DNA of 64,000 bases. Origin: Desulfobacterales bacterium (GTDB taxonomy: Bacteria > Desulfobacterota > Desulfobacteria > Desulfobacterales > YD0425bin51). The notes beneath the pieces were generated by a model. The model did no database searches. It saw only the letters and a list, made by a program, of their open reading frames with translations, and was not told the origin of the DNA. Positions 38,978 to 49,414 of the stretch are shown one piece after another. The stretch covers positions 39,589 to 103,588 of the forward strand of contig JADGCY010000009.1 of assembly GCA_015228685.1 (NCBI GenBank), read 5' to 3'. The position numbers and the translations under genes were made by a program. Positions within the stretch are counted from its first letter, which is position 1; each line of letters starts with the position of its first letter.

Positions 38978-41398
38978 ATGACAACAGATACATCCCGTAT
39001 AGGTGTTTATGTATGCCACTGCGGTTTAAATATAGCTCAGACAGTGGATTGTTCGGAAGTTAAAGAAAAAGCATCCAAATTAGAAGGAGTTGTTATATCA
39101 AAAGATATAGCTTACGCATGCTCAGAACCAGGTCAAAAAGAAATTAGAGATGACATATATAAAAACGAGTTAAATAGAATTGTTATAGCATCCTGTTCTC
39201 CTAGGCTACATGAGCCTACTTTCCGTAACATGATGGTTGATGCTGATCTAAATCCATATTTGCTGGATATGGCAAATATTCGTGAACAATGCAGTTGGGT
39301 TCATATGTCTGATAAAAGAGGAGCTACTGATAAAGCCATTGATCTTGTTAAAATGTCAGTGGGAAGAGTAAAAGAGCTTCAGCCTCTTTTTGAGGAAAGA
39401 CTTTCTCTTACAAAAAGAAGTTTAGTCATTGGAGGAGGAATAGCTGGAATTCAGGCTGCTTTAGATCTTGCAGATAATGGTTATGAAGTTGTTTTAGTTG
39501 AAAAGAATGCATCCATTGGCGGAATTATGGCTAAATTAGATAAAACATTTCCAACAATGGATTGTTCCATCTGAATTTTAGGTCCTAAAATGACAGATGT
39601 CGGTCGACATCCTAAAATTAAACTTTTAACTCTTAGTGAAGTTGTTGATGTAAAAGGTTACGTTGGTAATTTTGAAGTAAAAATTTTAAAAAGACCAAGA
39701 TATATAGAAGAAAAAGATTGCACATCATGCGGAGATTGCACTAAGGTATGCCCAGTTGTAAGACCAGATGAGTTCAATGTTGGATTATCTTCTAGGAAAG
39801 CAATATTTAAACCCTTCCCACAAGCTGTTCCTTCAGCGTATATTTTAAATATTTCTGAATGTCTTGGTCATAATCCTTCAGTCTGCGCTAAATGCCTTGA
39901 AGCTTGTGATAAAAAATGTATAAATTTTCATATGTCAGACAAAGAATTAGTTGAAAAGGTAGGTACAATTGTTGTTGCAACAGGTGTTGAGCCTTATGAT
40001 CCTAAAATTCTTGATGAATATGGATATACCCGTTTTGACAATGTTGTAACCAGCCTAGAATTTGAAAGATTAGTAAATGCCGGAGGTCCAAGCAAAGGGG
40101 ATTTAATTCGTCCAACTGACATGAAAAGACCAAAATCAGTAGGTTTTATTCAATGTGTAGGATCTCGAGCTAAAAGGAAAGGAAAAGAGTACTGCTCTAA
40201 TGTTTGCTGTATGAATACTATTAAAAGCACTCTTGTATTAAAAGAACATTTTGAAGATATTGAAATAAAAGTATTTTACATTGATATCAGAGCGTTTGGA
40301 AAAGGTTTTGAAAATCTTTTTAAAAGAAGTAGAGAACTTGGAGTTCATTATTTGAGAGGACTTCCTGGAAGAGTTGAAGAACTTGCGGATAAAAGTCTTC
40401 GCGTTGCAGTAGAAAATACAAGCACTGGAAAAATAGAATTTTATGATTTAGATATGCTTGTTTTAGCAATAGGATTAAACCCATCTAAAAGCACACAAAA
40501 AATTCAGGAAATGCTTGGTCTTCAACTTACTCCTGATGGTTTTTTCCTTGAAGCCCATCCCAAGCTTCAACCTGTAGATGCTGCAACTCGTGGTATCTTT
40601 TACGCAGGATGTGCTGAATCTCCTAAAGATATTAAAGATACTGTAACTCAAGCTTCAGCAGCTTCAAGCAGAGCTATAAGAATTATGCATAAAGGAGAAA
40701 TTTTAACTGAGCCAATTACGTCAGAAGTGATTGTTAATCTGTGCAAAGCATGTGGAAAATGCGCTGAAGTATGTCCCTATAATGCTATTTCTGTAGATGT
40801 TAAGAAAAAAATATTAGCGAAAGTTAATTCAGCAGCATGTGCTGGATGTGGAACTTGTGCAGCAGAATGTCCTTTTGGTGCAATCCAAATGAATCATTTT
40901 AGCGATGTTCAGATTACAAATCAGATAGATGAACTCCTCTCTGATGACTCTGAGCAAAAAATATTAGCCTTTGCATGTAATTGGTGTTCCTATGCTGGAG
41001 CAGATTATGCTGGAGTTTCAAGAGTTCAATATCCATCTAATGTCAGAATAATAAGAACAATGTGTTCAGGTCGTGTTAGTGAAGATTTTATATGGCGCGG
41101 ATTTTTAAAAGGAGCGCCTGTTATATTAGTTAGTGGTTGCCACATTGGTGATTGCCATTATATCAATGCAAATCATTGGACTGAGAAAAGAATAGAAAAA
41201 GTAAGAGCTAAAATGGAAAAAATGGGAATCAGACAAGATAGGCTCCAATTGGCATGGATTAGCGCAGCAGAAGGGATTTTATTCGGAGAAGTTATGAATA
41301 AAATGGAGGTGTTAAGAAAAAGTGTTTCATCTAAGGAAATTGCAGAAACAATTGGTATTTTGACAAACAAACTTAAAAACATAAGGACAAAAACATGA
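38978..41398 (+). CDS. hdrA: Heterodisulfide reductase subunit A-like protein fused to an MvhD domain; selenoprotein with in-frame UGA (Sec) at 39572-39574
   Basis: ORFs 38978..39574 and 39590..41398 share one frame, separated only by a TGA. Read-through gives 'KTFPTMDCSI-U-ILGPK', the HdrA 'DCSxC(I/S)LxPK' motif with Sec at the second Cys. FAD 'VIGGGIAGIQAA', several 4Fe-4S CxxCxxCxxxCP motifs, C-terminal MvhD-like 'FACNWCSYAG...GCHIGDCHY'. Confidence 0.8.
39575..39611 (+). promoter_or_regulatory. Candidate SECIS element(s) just 3' of the in-frame UGA
   Basis: Hairpin ATTTTAGG-T-CCTAAAAT (39575-39591), then GATGT-CGGUCG-ACATC (39596-39611) with apical GGUC about 30 nt after the UGA. Confidence 0.45.
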
Positions 41399-41486
41399 AA
41401 ATAAAAACAAATCTTAAAAGTGGCGGGCTTTTTAGTGAAGAAAATACAGGTTTATCATTATATGCAGCAGTAAGAGGGTAAGCAAA

Positions 41487-42638
41487 ATGATAGAACTTAG
41501 AAAATTTCTTGCTCCAGAATTTGTATTTGGGGAAGGAGCAATACATTTAGCAGGACAATATGCAAGAAATTTTAGCGCACAAAAAGTGTTAGTTGTAACT
41601 GATTCTGGTGTTATTCTCGCAGGATGGGCAGATAAAGTTACAAAATCATTAGAGAGTTCAGGGATTAACTATTCTATATATCATAATGTTTCTCCAAATC
41701 CTAGGGCAGAAGAGGTGATGGAGGGAGCAGATTATTATCATAGCGAAGGATGTGATATCATAATTGCTGTTGGCGGCGGCAGTGCTATAGATTGTGCAAA
41801 AGGTATAGGTATTGTCAGCACAAATAAAAAAAATATTCTTGAATTTGAAGGTGTTGATAATGTAAGTATTCCAGGACCTCCTTTAATATGTATTCCAACC
41901 ACATCAGGAACATCAGCAGATGTTTCACAATTCGACATAATTACAAACTCAAAAGATAAAATAAAAATTGCAATAATAAGTAAAGCAATGGTGCCTGATG
42001 TGGCACTTATTGATCCGTCTACTGCTTTAACTATGGATACTTATTTAACTGCATGTACAGGTATTGACGCCTTTGTTCATGCCATAGAAGCTTTTGTTTC
42101 AACTGCAAGTTCTCCTATTACAGATCTGCACGCCCTAGAAGCTATAAAATTGATTCATGAAAATCTTCTTAAAGTTATTAATAATCCAAATGATATTATA
42201 CTTCGCAGCAAAATTATGTTTGCAAGCCTTCAGGCAGGACTTGCATTTTCAAATGCAAGTCTTGGAGCAGTACATGCAATGGCACATAGTTTGGGTGGAT
42301 ATTTAGATCTTCCTCATGGTGAATGTAACAGCATTTTAATAGATCATGTAGTTGCTTTTAATTATAAAGAGGCAAATGATCGTTTTAATAAAATAGGTGA
42401 TGTCTTAAAATTAGATTTAACTAGTATGACTTCTAAAGAAAAACAGAAAGCAGTACTAGAAGAAATTACCAGATTTAAAATAGCTGCTGGTATTAGTTCT
42501 ACACTTAGCAAAAAAGGAGTTTCAATTTCAGATATCCCTGAATTATCTAAAAAAGCATTATGCGATCCATGTATTGTTACAAATCCTAGACGTCCAAATA
42601 AGCGTGATATTGAGGTAATATATGAAGAAGCCATCTAA
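41487..42638 (+). CDS. Iron-containing (group III) alcohol dehydrogenase
   Basis: 'GGGSAIDCAKGIG', metal-binding His cluster 'HAMAHSLGG'. Length 383 aa. Confidence 0.85.
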   Translation: MIELRKFLAPEFVFGEGAIHLAGQYARNFSAQKVLVVTDSGVILAGWADKVTKSLESSGINYSIYHNVSPNPRAEEVMEGADYYHSEGCDIIIAVGGGSAIDCAKGIGIVSTNKKNILEFEGVDNVSIPGPPLICIPTTSGTSADVSQFDIITNSKDKIKIAIISKAMVPDVALIDPSTALTMDTYLTACTGIDAFVHAIEAFVSTASSPITDLHALEAIKLIHENLLKVINNPNDIILRSKIMFASLQAGLAFSNASLGAVHAMAHSLGGYLDLPHGECNSILIDHVVAFNYKEANDRFNKIGDVLKLDLTSMTSKEKQKAVLEEITRFKIAAGISSTLSKKGVSISDIPELSKKALCDPCIVTNPRRPNKRDIEVIYEEAI

Positions 42639-44229
42639 TATTCATGATCAATGGAAAGATATGCGTAATCGCATTATTGGATTTGGCGAAAAATCAATAA
42701 AAAAAAGCTATTACCCAGAATTACGAGAACAGCTTTTAGAGCTCACTGAGACAAAAGAAAAATATCGTCAGCTATTTGAATATGCAACAGATGCTATTTT
42801 TATCATTCAAAATCAATTTATTAAGTTTCCAAACCCTAAAACCCTTGAGCTTCTTGGTTATTCATCAGAAGAATTAGCAAATACTGATTTTTTTAGCTTA
42901 ATTAAGGAATCAGATATACCTTTAATTAAAGAATGGTGTCAAAAAAAACATGCAAATGATACAGAAAATAGCCCAATATCATTTGTTATTTTACCTAAAA
43001 ATAGAGAAAAATTATGGGTTGAACTAAATTCAGTAATAATAAATTGGGAAGGTAAACCTGCTCTCTTAAATTTTTTAAGAGATATTACTGAGAAGAAAAG
43101 TCTTGAAACTCAACTTTTGCAGTCACAAAAGATGGAAAGTCTAGGGACTCTTGCAGGAGGTATTGCTCATGATTTTAACAATCTTCTTATGGGAATACAG
43201 GGAACTTTATCCCTTACTTTGCTTGAGTCTAATATAACTGATAATATTTCCATTCAATTAAAAAAAATTGAGCAATATGTAAAACAAGCATCTGAGCTTA
43301 CAAACCAATTATTAGGTTTTGCAAGAAAAGGAAAATATGAAGTTAAACCAGCTAATATTAATAATCTTGTAGAAAAAACCTCTATGCTCTTTGGCAGGAC
43401 AAAAAAAGAAATTACCATAAATTCTCAATATCAAAAAGATGTATGGACAGTTGAAGTTGATATGTGCCAACTGGAGCAAGTTCTCCTTAATCTTTATATA
43501 AATGCTTGGCAGGCAATGCCAAATGGTGGGGAAATTCATCTTAAAACTAAAAATGTCGTTTTAAATAAAGACAATCTAAAATCGATTTCTGTTACGCCTG
43601 GAAAATATGTAAATTTTTCTATTAGTGACACAGGTGTTGGAATAGATGAAAAAACAGTTCAAAGAATTTTTGAACCTTTTTTTACTACAAAAGAGATTGG
43701 GAGAGGAACTGGACTTGGTCTTGCGTCAGCTTATGGAATTATTAAAAATCATGGTGGATTTATCACAGTAAATAGTAAAATTGGTGTTGGATCAACTTTT
43801 GATATATTTTTGCCAGCCTCAGATAAAAAACTTCCTATTGAGAATAGAACAGAAGAAGAAATAATAAAAGGGGATAAAACAGTTTTAATTATTGATGATG
43901 AGAAAATGGTACTGGATGTAATGCCTAAAATGTTAAATAAACTAGGCTATAAAACTCTAACTGCACAAAATGGTAAAGAGGCAATAGAGATTTATGAAAA
44001 TAATATTAAAAAAATTGACATTGTTATTCTTGATATAATTATGCCAGAAATGAGCGGAGCAGATGTTTTTAAACATTTAAAGGAAATAGATCCAAATGTT
44101 AAAGTGCTTCTCTGCAGCGGATACAGTATTGAAGATGTAGCACCTCAATTACTTAATGAGGGGTGTAAAGGGTTTATAAAAAAACCTTTTAATATGATAC
44201 AATTATCACATAAGTTAAAGGAGATTTAA
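42622..44229 (+). CDS. Hybrid PAS sensor histidine kinase with C-terminal receiver
   Basis: PAS region, H-box 'IAHDFNNLLMGI', 'GTGLGLASAYGI', receiver 'IVILDIIMPEMSG'. Confidence 0.85.
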   Translation: MKKPSNIHDQWKDMRNRIIGFGEKSIKKSYYPELREQLLELTETKEKYRQLFEYATDAIFIIQNQFIKFPNPKTLELLGYSSEELANTDFFSLIKESDIPLIKEWCQKKHANDTENSPISFVILPKNREKLWVELNSVIINWEGKPALLNFLRDITEKKSLETQLLQSQKMESLGTLAGGIAHDFNNLLMGIQGTLSLTLLESNITDNISIQLKKIEQYVKQASELTNQLLGFARKGKYEVKPANINNLVEKTSMLFGRTKKEITINSQYQKDVWTVEVDMCQLEQVLLNLYINAWQAMPNGGEIHLKTKNVVLNKDNLKSISVTPGKYVNFSISDTGVGIDEKTVQRIFEPFFTTKEIGRGTGLGLASAYGIIKNHGGFITVNSKIGVGSTFDIFLPASDKKLPIENRTEEEIIKGDKTVLIIDDEKMVLDVMPKMLNKLGYKTLTAQNGKEAIEIYENNIKKIDIVILDIIMPEMSGADVFKHLKEIDPNVKVLLCSGYSIEDVAPQLLNEGCKGFIKKPFNMIQLSHKLKEI

Positions 44230-44230
44230 T

Positions 44231-44824
44231 TTACCATTTTGAGTTATATATATCAAAAATCTGTTTTTTTGTATTTTCTATGTGCGAACTATTATCTATT
44301 ATAATGTTTGCTATCATTTTTTTTTCTTCTATAGGCATCTGTGATTTAATTCGAGATAGTGCCTCTTCTTTTGATATATCATCCCTTTTCATTAGTCTTT
44401 CTAACTGAACCTCTTCATTAACATATACCAAAATTACATCAGGTATTCCTTTATGCATTCCACATTCAATTAAAAGAGGTACATCCAATATAGCAATGCT
44501 TTCAGGTTTTGAATTTTTAAGTTTTTCTAATTGTTTTAGCATTTCCTGAAAAACATGTGGATGTACTATATTATTTAAGATTTGCTTTTCTTTATGGTTA
44601 TTAAAGATTATATTTCCAAGATATGTTCTATTAATTTCTCCATTTAAAAGCAGAACATTTTTTCCAAAGTGTTTAACAATATCTTCCCATGCTGGTTTAC
44701 CATATTTCACAACTTCGTGTGAAATTTTATCTGCATCTATAATAAATGCTCCTAATTCTTTAAATATAGATGAAACTGTTGATTTTCCTGTTGCAATGCC
44801 TCCAGTAAGTCCTGCTATAATCAA
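44231..44824 (-). CDS. coaE: Dephospho-CoA kinase
   Basis: 'MIIAGLTGGIATGKSTV' P-loop. Length 197 aa. Confidence 0.85.
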   Translation of the reverse strand: MIIAGLTGGIATGKSTVSSIFKELGAFIIDADKISHEVVKYGKPAWEDIVKHFGKNVLLLNGEINRTYLGNIIFNNHKEKQILNNIVHPHVFQEMLKQLEKLKNSKPESIAILDVPLLIECGMHKGIPDVILVYVNEEVQLERLMKRDDISKEEALSRIKSQMPIEEKKMIANIIIDNSSHIENTKKQIFDIYNSKW

Positions 44825-44925
44825 ATTTAACCTCCTTGTTATAATAACTTCAATATTTTATACAATATTCTTGTTACTCTTGTATTATTAAAAAAAAATT
44901 ATTACAATATGCAAATTAAATAATT

Positions 44926-45825
44926 ATGAACTATAAAATAAATCAACTTTCAAAAGAACTTTTTTTAATTACCCTTGTTCCAGACATTTCTGGCTTTGAT
45001 GACTTTATTGGGGTTTTGCTTTACAAAAACGAAGTAACATTTTTAGTAGATGTTGGACCAGCATCTACTCATAGTTTACTTATAAAAGCTCTTTTGGATT
45101 TAAAAATTGAAAATTTAGATTATATTTTTTTAACTCATATTCATCTGGATCATGCAGGCGCAACTCACGATATTTCGCTTCAATTTCCCAACACTCCTAT
45201 AATTTGTCATTCTATAGGGATACCACATCTTATTGATCCTTCGCGTTTATGGGAAGGATCGGTTAAGACCTTAGGGGAACTTGCTCTATCCTACGGAAAA
45301 ATTCTTCCAGTTCCTAAAGAGAGTTTAGTACCACATGATAAGTTTATCTCTGACATTATATTACCAATCCAAACGCCAGGTCATTCTGTGCATCATATTA
45401 GCTATAAAAAAGGAGACTATCTTTTTGCAGGGGAGCTAGGAGGAGTCTATTTGAAGATTTCTAATGATAAAGAATATCTAAGACCAGCAACGCCTCCCCG
45501 ACTATTTTTGAACCAGTTTATAGAAAGTATAGATAAAGTTGTATCCCTAAAAGCTCAAAAAATATGTTATGGTCATTTTGGAATGTTAGATTGCGCAAGT
45601 TCAAATTTAAAAAAACAGAAAGAACAGCTTTTACTTTGGGAACGGATTATTTCTGATGAAATAAAAAAAAGAAAAGATGATGATATTGTTTTATTATGTT
45701 TAAATCGTCTTTTAAAAGAAGATCCGTTTTTATCTAACTTTTGTCATCTTGATCATAAAAAACAAGATAGAGAAACATGGTTTCTAAAAAATAGTATAAA
45801 AGGATTTATTGAATATCTATGCTAA
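44926..45825 (+). CDS. MBL-fold metallo-hydrolase
   Basis: 'LTHIHLDHAGA' HxHxDH motif. Confidence 0.75.
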   Translation: MNYKINQLSKELFLITLVPDISGFDDFIGVLLYKNEVTFLVDVGPASTHSLLIKALLDLKIENLDYIFLTHIHLDHAGATHDISLQFPNTPIICHSIGIPHLIDPSRLWEGSVKTLGELALSYGKILPVPKESLVPHDKFISDIILPIQTPGHSVHHISYKKGDYLFAGELGGVYLKISNDKEYLRPATPPRLFLNQFIESIDKVVSLKAQKICYGHFGMLDCASSNLKKQKEQLLLWERIISDEIKKRKDDDIVLLCLNRLLKEDPFLSNFCHLDHKKQDRETWFLKNSIKGFIEYLC

Positions 45826-47084
45826 CAACACAGGCTTTTTTATTTTTTATTTTTATTTTTCTTACAGCTTTATTTTCATGCATCGAAACAGCTTTTATCT
45901 CTTTATCCGATATAAAGATTCAACATCTGATGGATAATAAAATAAAGGGAATACAGTTAGTAAAAGCACTCAAAGACAATTCTGACCGTCTTATAATAAC
46001 TATTCTCATTGGAACAGATCTTGTACAGATAGCTGCATCATCTCTTGCTACTTCAATTGCCATAGATATTTTTGAGTCCCATGCAATAGGCATTGCTGTT
46101 GGAGTTATGACAGTTATTATGCTTATCTTTGGCGAGATTATTCCAAAAAGCATAGGAATGTCTCAAAATGAATGGATAACCATAAATACTGCTCCAATAA
46201 TAAAAGTTTTGCAATATATTCTATTCCCAGTAATTAAATTACTAGAATGGTTTATGATCTTAACTTCAACTACCACCAGATATGATGATATTGATCCAAT
46301 AATAACTGAGGCTGAAATAAAGAGCGTTGTTAACTTAGGTGAAAAAATAGGTGAGGTAGAAGAAGATGAACGTATTATGATCCATAATATCTTTAGATTT
46401 ACTGATCTAAAGGCTAGTGACATTATGGTTGATAGAATGAAAATGTTTTCTGTAAATGGAAAAGAAAGCTTAAAAAATACTGCTCCTGAGATGATTAGGC
46501 AAGGATATTCCAGAATACCTGTTTATGAAGGTCATCCTGATAACATAATAGGAATTCTTTATGTAAAAGATATTATTCCCATAATATTTAGCTGTAATTA
46601 TGATATTCCTATTCGAGATATAGTAAGACCGCCAATGTTTATTACTGAATCAATGCCAATTGATGATCTTTTAAAAGAATTTCAAAAAAAGAAAATTCAT
46701 ATAGCTCTTATTGTAGATGAACATGGCGGAATTGCAGGTCTTGTTACTATTGAAGATCTATTGGAGGAAATTGTCGGCGATATTTATGATGAAACAGATG
46801 GTGAGCCGGTAACTATAAAAAAGTTGAGTGAAACTAAAAGCCTTGTAAGAGGAGATACTGAAATTGAAGAAGTAAACAGGGAATTAAATCTTAATTTATC
46901 TGAAAATGAAGATTATTATACAATATCTGGTTTTATTTTACATGAGCTTCAAAGGATTCCTAAAGTTGGAGTAGAACTTAAAATTAAGGAAGATTACATC
47001 ATTCGCATAACAAAAGCTGATAGAAAAAGGATAATTGAGGTGGAGATAGAAAAAATTATTCCCACTCCACCTGAAGAGAAATAA
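45819..47084 (+). CDS. Hemolysin/CorC-family membrane protein (DUF21-CBS pair-CorC_HlyC)
   Basis: Four N-terminal TM helices, tandem CBS domains, C-terminal transporter-associated domain. Confidence 0.8.
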   Translation: MLTTQAFLFFIFIFLTALFSCIETAFISLSDIKIQHLMDNKIKGIQLVKALKDNSDRLIITILIGTDLVQIAASSLATSIAIDIFESHAIGIAVGVMTVIMLIFGEIIPKSIGMSQNEWITINTAPIIKVLQYILFPVIKLLEWFMILTSTTTRYDDIDPIITEAEIKSVVNLGEKIGEVEEDERIMIHNIFRFTDLKASDIMVDRMKMFSVNGKESLKNTAPEMIRQGYSRIPVYEGHPDNIIGILYVKDIIPIIFSCNYDIPIRDIVRPPMFITESMPIDDLLKEFQKKKIHIALIVDEHGGIAGLVTIEDLLEEIVGDIYDETDGEPVTIKKLSETKSLVRGDTEIEEVNRELNLNLSENEDYYTISGFILHELQRIPKVGVELKIKEDYIIRITKADRKRIIEVEIEKIIPTPPEEK

Positions 47085-48956
47085 TTACTCGATTATTATC
47101 TCATATTTTACCGTATAATTTGCTAAAATATCGTACACTCGTTTTTTGATAAATTCAGGGTCTATACTTTCACTTGCCTGTATTTTTATTAAAGCTTTTG
47201 TCCCATATACTTTATCTTCACAAACAGTTACGTAAATTGATTTAACATCACTTTTTAATGCTTCTAGTTCCTGTGTGTAGACTCTTTTTATGCTGTCCCA
47301 TCTGAGAGCAGGTTTAAATATTTTTCCAACAGGAGTAAGAGGTATAACATCGACTATATGAATTTCTTTTGGAATGGCAGCTTTTTCACCAATTGTTTCC
47401 TTAACCATTTCTAAAATTTTATCTTGAGTAAGATTACTTTCTGGTGCAATTTGAACATAAGCAACAGGGACTTCACCTGCATGGGGATCAGGTCTTCCAA
47501 TTGCTGCTGCTACTTTAACATCAGGTATTCTATATAAAGGCTCCTCAATTGCTGCAGGATCAATATTGTGCCCTCCTCGAATAATAAGCTCTTTTTTTCT
47601 TCCAGTAAGCCAGAAATAACCATCGGCATCTAATCTGCCTAAATCTCCTGTGTTAAACCAATCATCTATCCATATACCTTTATTATGAACATCTTCAACA
47701 TAGCCTTTAAAAACATTAGGACCTTTAATAACAATAGTACCAATTTCAGAAGTATTTGCATCCCTTAAATATTTACCTTGTTCATCTAAAATCACAACCT
47801 TCATTTCTTGATATGGTAGTCTTATTCCAATACTTCCAACTTTTCTCTCTCCATCTTTTGGATTTAAAGAAGAAGCACAAGCACCTTCTGTAAGACCATA
47901 TCCTTCCAATACTTTCATTTTTGTATGATTTTCAAAGCGTTTAAAAAGTTCAACACTCAAAGGAGCAGCACCACAAATTGCATATTTAAGAGAAGAAATA
48001 TCTGTATCTCCTACAGGTAAAGTAAGTAAACCAGATAAAACAGTAGGAACAGAAGAGAAGAAATTAGCCTTATATTTTTCAACAATTTTATAGAAATTTT
48101 TAATAATAGATGGTTCTCTATATCCAGCAGGTGATAATAAAACTACATGAGCACCAACAGAAAATGGAGCAAGTCCTGTAACTGTAGTACCATTAACATG
48201 GAATAGCGGAAGACCACATAAGATTGTAGTTGTGCTTGTTATTCCCCCCATGACTATTATATCCCACGCCATAATAACTTCATTAAAATGAGTTCTTTTT
48301 GCAAGCTTTGGCGTACCAGTTGTTCCTCCAGTGTGGTAAAGTGATGAAATATCATCAGGTTCAATTTTTCGTGAAAAAGTAAGCTTATCTCCTTGGTATT
48401 TTTCAATTGCTTGTTCAAAACTCAAGATATTTTGAGATTCGTCACCTGGTCCCATAACACTTATTATATGTTTTAATGTTGGAATTTCATTTTTAATAGC
48501 TTCTACTTTTCTCCAGATATTTGTTCCTGGTAAGTCTCCTAAAGCAACTAATACTTTTGTTTTTGCAGCACGGCAGATATCTTTGATTGTTGAAGCTTCT
48601 AAAAGAGGATTTATCGGATTAACAATTCCTGCAGCTTCTGCTCCCCATAATATAAAATGTGTTTGAGGCAAATTAGGAAGAAGATATGTAACAACATCAG
48701 AATGCCCAATGCCTAAATCATAAAACATATTGGCGCATTGTCTGATTTTTGTTATAAGTGTTTTGTAGGAAATCTGCGTTGGCTTATCATAAGCATAACC
48801 TGATGCGATGAAACTTAATGCAATACCATCTGGATTTGAGTTTGCTCCTTTTTCAATAGCTTCTAAGGTGTTTTTTTCAGGTACACGTTCAGAATAAGGA
48901 GTTTTTTCAATTTCTGATATATCATTGCCATTTCTAATGGTAAAAATTTCGTTCAT
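47085..48956 (-). CDS. AMP-forming acyl-CoA synthetase/ligase
   Basis: AMP-binding 'YHTGGTTGTPKLAKRTH', 'GYGLTEG', C-terminal 'GKIFKPALR'. Confidence 0.8.
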   Translation of the reverse strand: MNEIFTIRNGNDISEIEKTPYSERVPEKNTLEAIEKGANSNPDGIALSFIASGYAYDKPTQISYKTLITKIRQCANMFYDLGIGHSDVVTYLLPNLPQTHFILWGAEAAGIVNPINPLLEASTIKDICRAAKTKVLVALGDLPGTNIWRKVEAIKNEIPTLKHIISVMGPGDESQNILSFEQAIEKYQGDKLTFSRKIEPDDISSLYHTGGTTGTPKLAKRTHFNEVIMAWDIIVMGGITSTTTILCGLPLFHVNGTTVTGLAPFSVGAHVVLLSPAGYREPSIIKNFYKIVEKYKANFFSSVPTVLSGLLTLPVGDTDISSLKYAICGAAPLSVELFKRFENHTKMKVLEGYGLTEGACASSLNPKDGERKVGSIGIRLPYQEMKVVILDEQGKYLRDANTSEIGTIVIKGPNVFKGYVEDVHNKGIWIDDWFNTGDLGRLDADGYFWLTGRKKELIIRGGHNIDPAAIEEPLYRIPDVKVAAAIGRPDPHAGEVPVAYVQIAPESNLTQDKILEMVKETIGEKAAIPKEIHIVDVIPLTPVGKIFKPALRWDSIKRVYTQELEALKSDVKSIYVTVCEDKVYGTKALIKIQASESIDPEFIKKRVYDILANYTVKYEIIIE

Positions 48957-48971
48957 ATTAACCTTCCATCG

Positions 48972-49397
48972 TTATCTTGTTAAATATGGTTTTATACCGT
49001 CAATAACTTTATTTACCGTATCTTTTAATCCTTCTTTAAGTTCGTCTTTTGTAACCATCTTTGATTCTACAGAGCCTAATCTTGATTCCACAGACCCTAA
49101 TCTTGATTCTACAGACCCTAATCTTGATTCTACAGAGTTAAGTTTTTCTTTTATGATAGAAACATCGCCTTTCATTGTAGCCATTTCAGCTTTAAGCTGT
49201 TCTAATCTGCTTACTATAGTTGCTCCAATAAGGCTTTTTAATGATTGGCTATCAAATTCTTCAGGAATTTTTTTTCTAAATTTTTGTTCAACTATACCCT
49301 CCATAACATCAGAAAAAATATTTATTACTCTTGGGCTAAGTAATGTTGAAACTACAATATCTTCAAATTCTGGGCTATTAAATGATAAGTTTTCCAT
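48972..49397 (-). CDS. Coiled-coil protein with four tandem heptads (SVESRLG)x4
   Basis: Protein-like, amphipathic sequence, co-oriented and tightly spaced with the EAL and acyl-CoA ligase genes. Repeats are encoded by 21-bp tandem DNA repeats. The opposite-strand ORF 48925..49434 is low-complexity. Confidence 0.5.
   Translation of the reverse strand: MENLSFNSPEFEDIVVSTLLSPRVINIFSDVMEGIVEQKFRKKIPEEFDSQSLKSLIGATIVSRLEQLKAEMATMKGDVSIIKEKLNSVESRLGSVESRLGSVESRLGSVESKMVTKDELKEGLKDTVNKVIDGIKPYLTR
49061..49144. repeat. 4 x 21-bp near-perfect tandem repeat (ttgattc[t/c]acaga[g/c]cctaatc) inside the coding sequence
   Basis: Copies at 49061, 49082 and 49103, plus a degenerate copy at 49124. In frame (7 codons per unit). 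Confidence 0.85.
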
Positions 49398-49414
49398 TAT
49401 ACCTCCTTTCTTTA

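Noticed and set aside
39572-39574. In-frame TGA splitting the HdrA-like gene; could be a pseudogene or a sequencing error
   Set aside because: The stop falls exactly at the conserved HdrA Cys/Sec position, both flanking ORFs are in the same frame, and hairpins follow. Selenocysteine recoding is the simpler explanation.
41399-41486. Possible terminator hairpin after hdrA ('taaaag tggcgggc ttttta')
   Set aside because: The stem is short and imperfect (5-6 bp) and lacks a proper T-tract, so it is not convincing as an intrinsic terminator.
49061-49144. 21-bp tandem repeats as a possible CRISPR or mini-satellite locus
   Set aside because: There are no spacers between units. The units are contiguous and in frame and encode heptads within a CDS, so this is not a CRISPR array.
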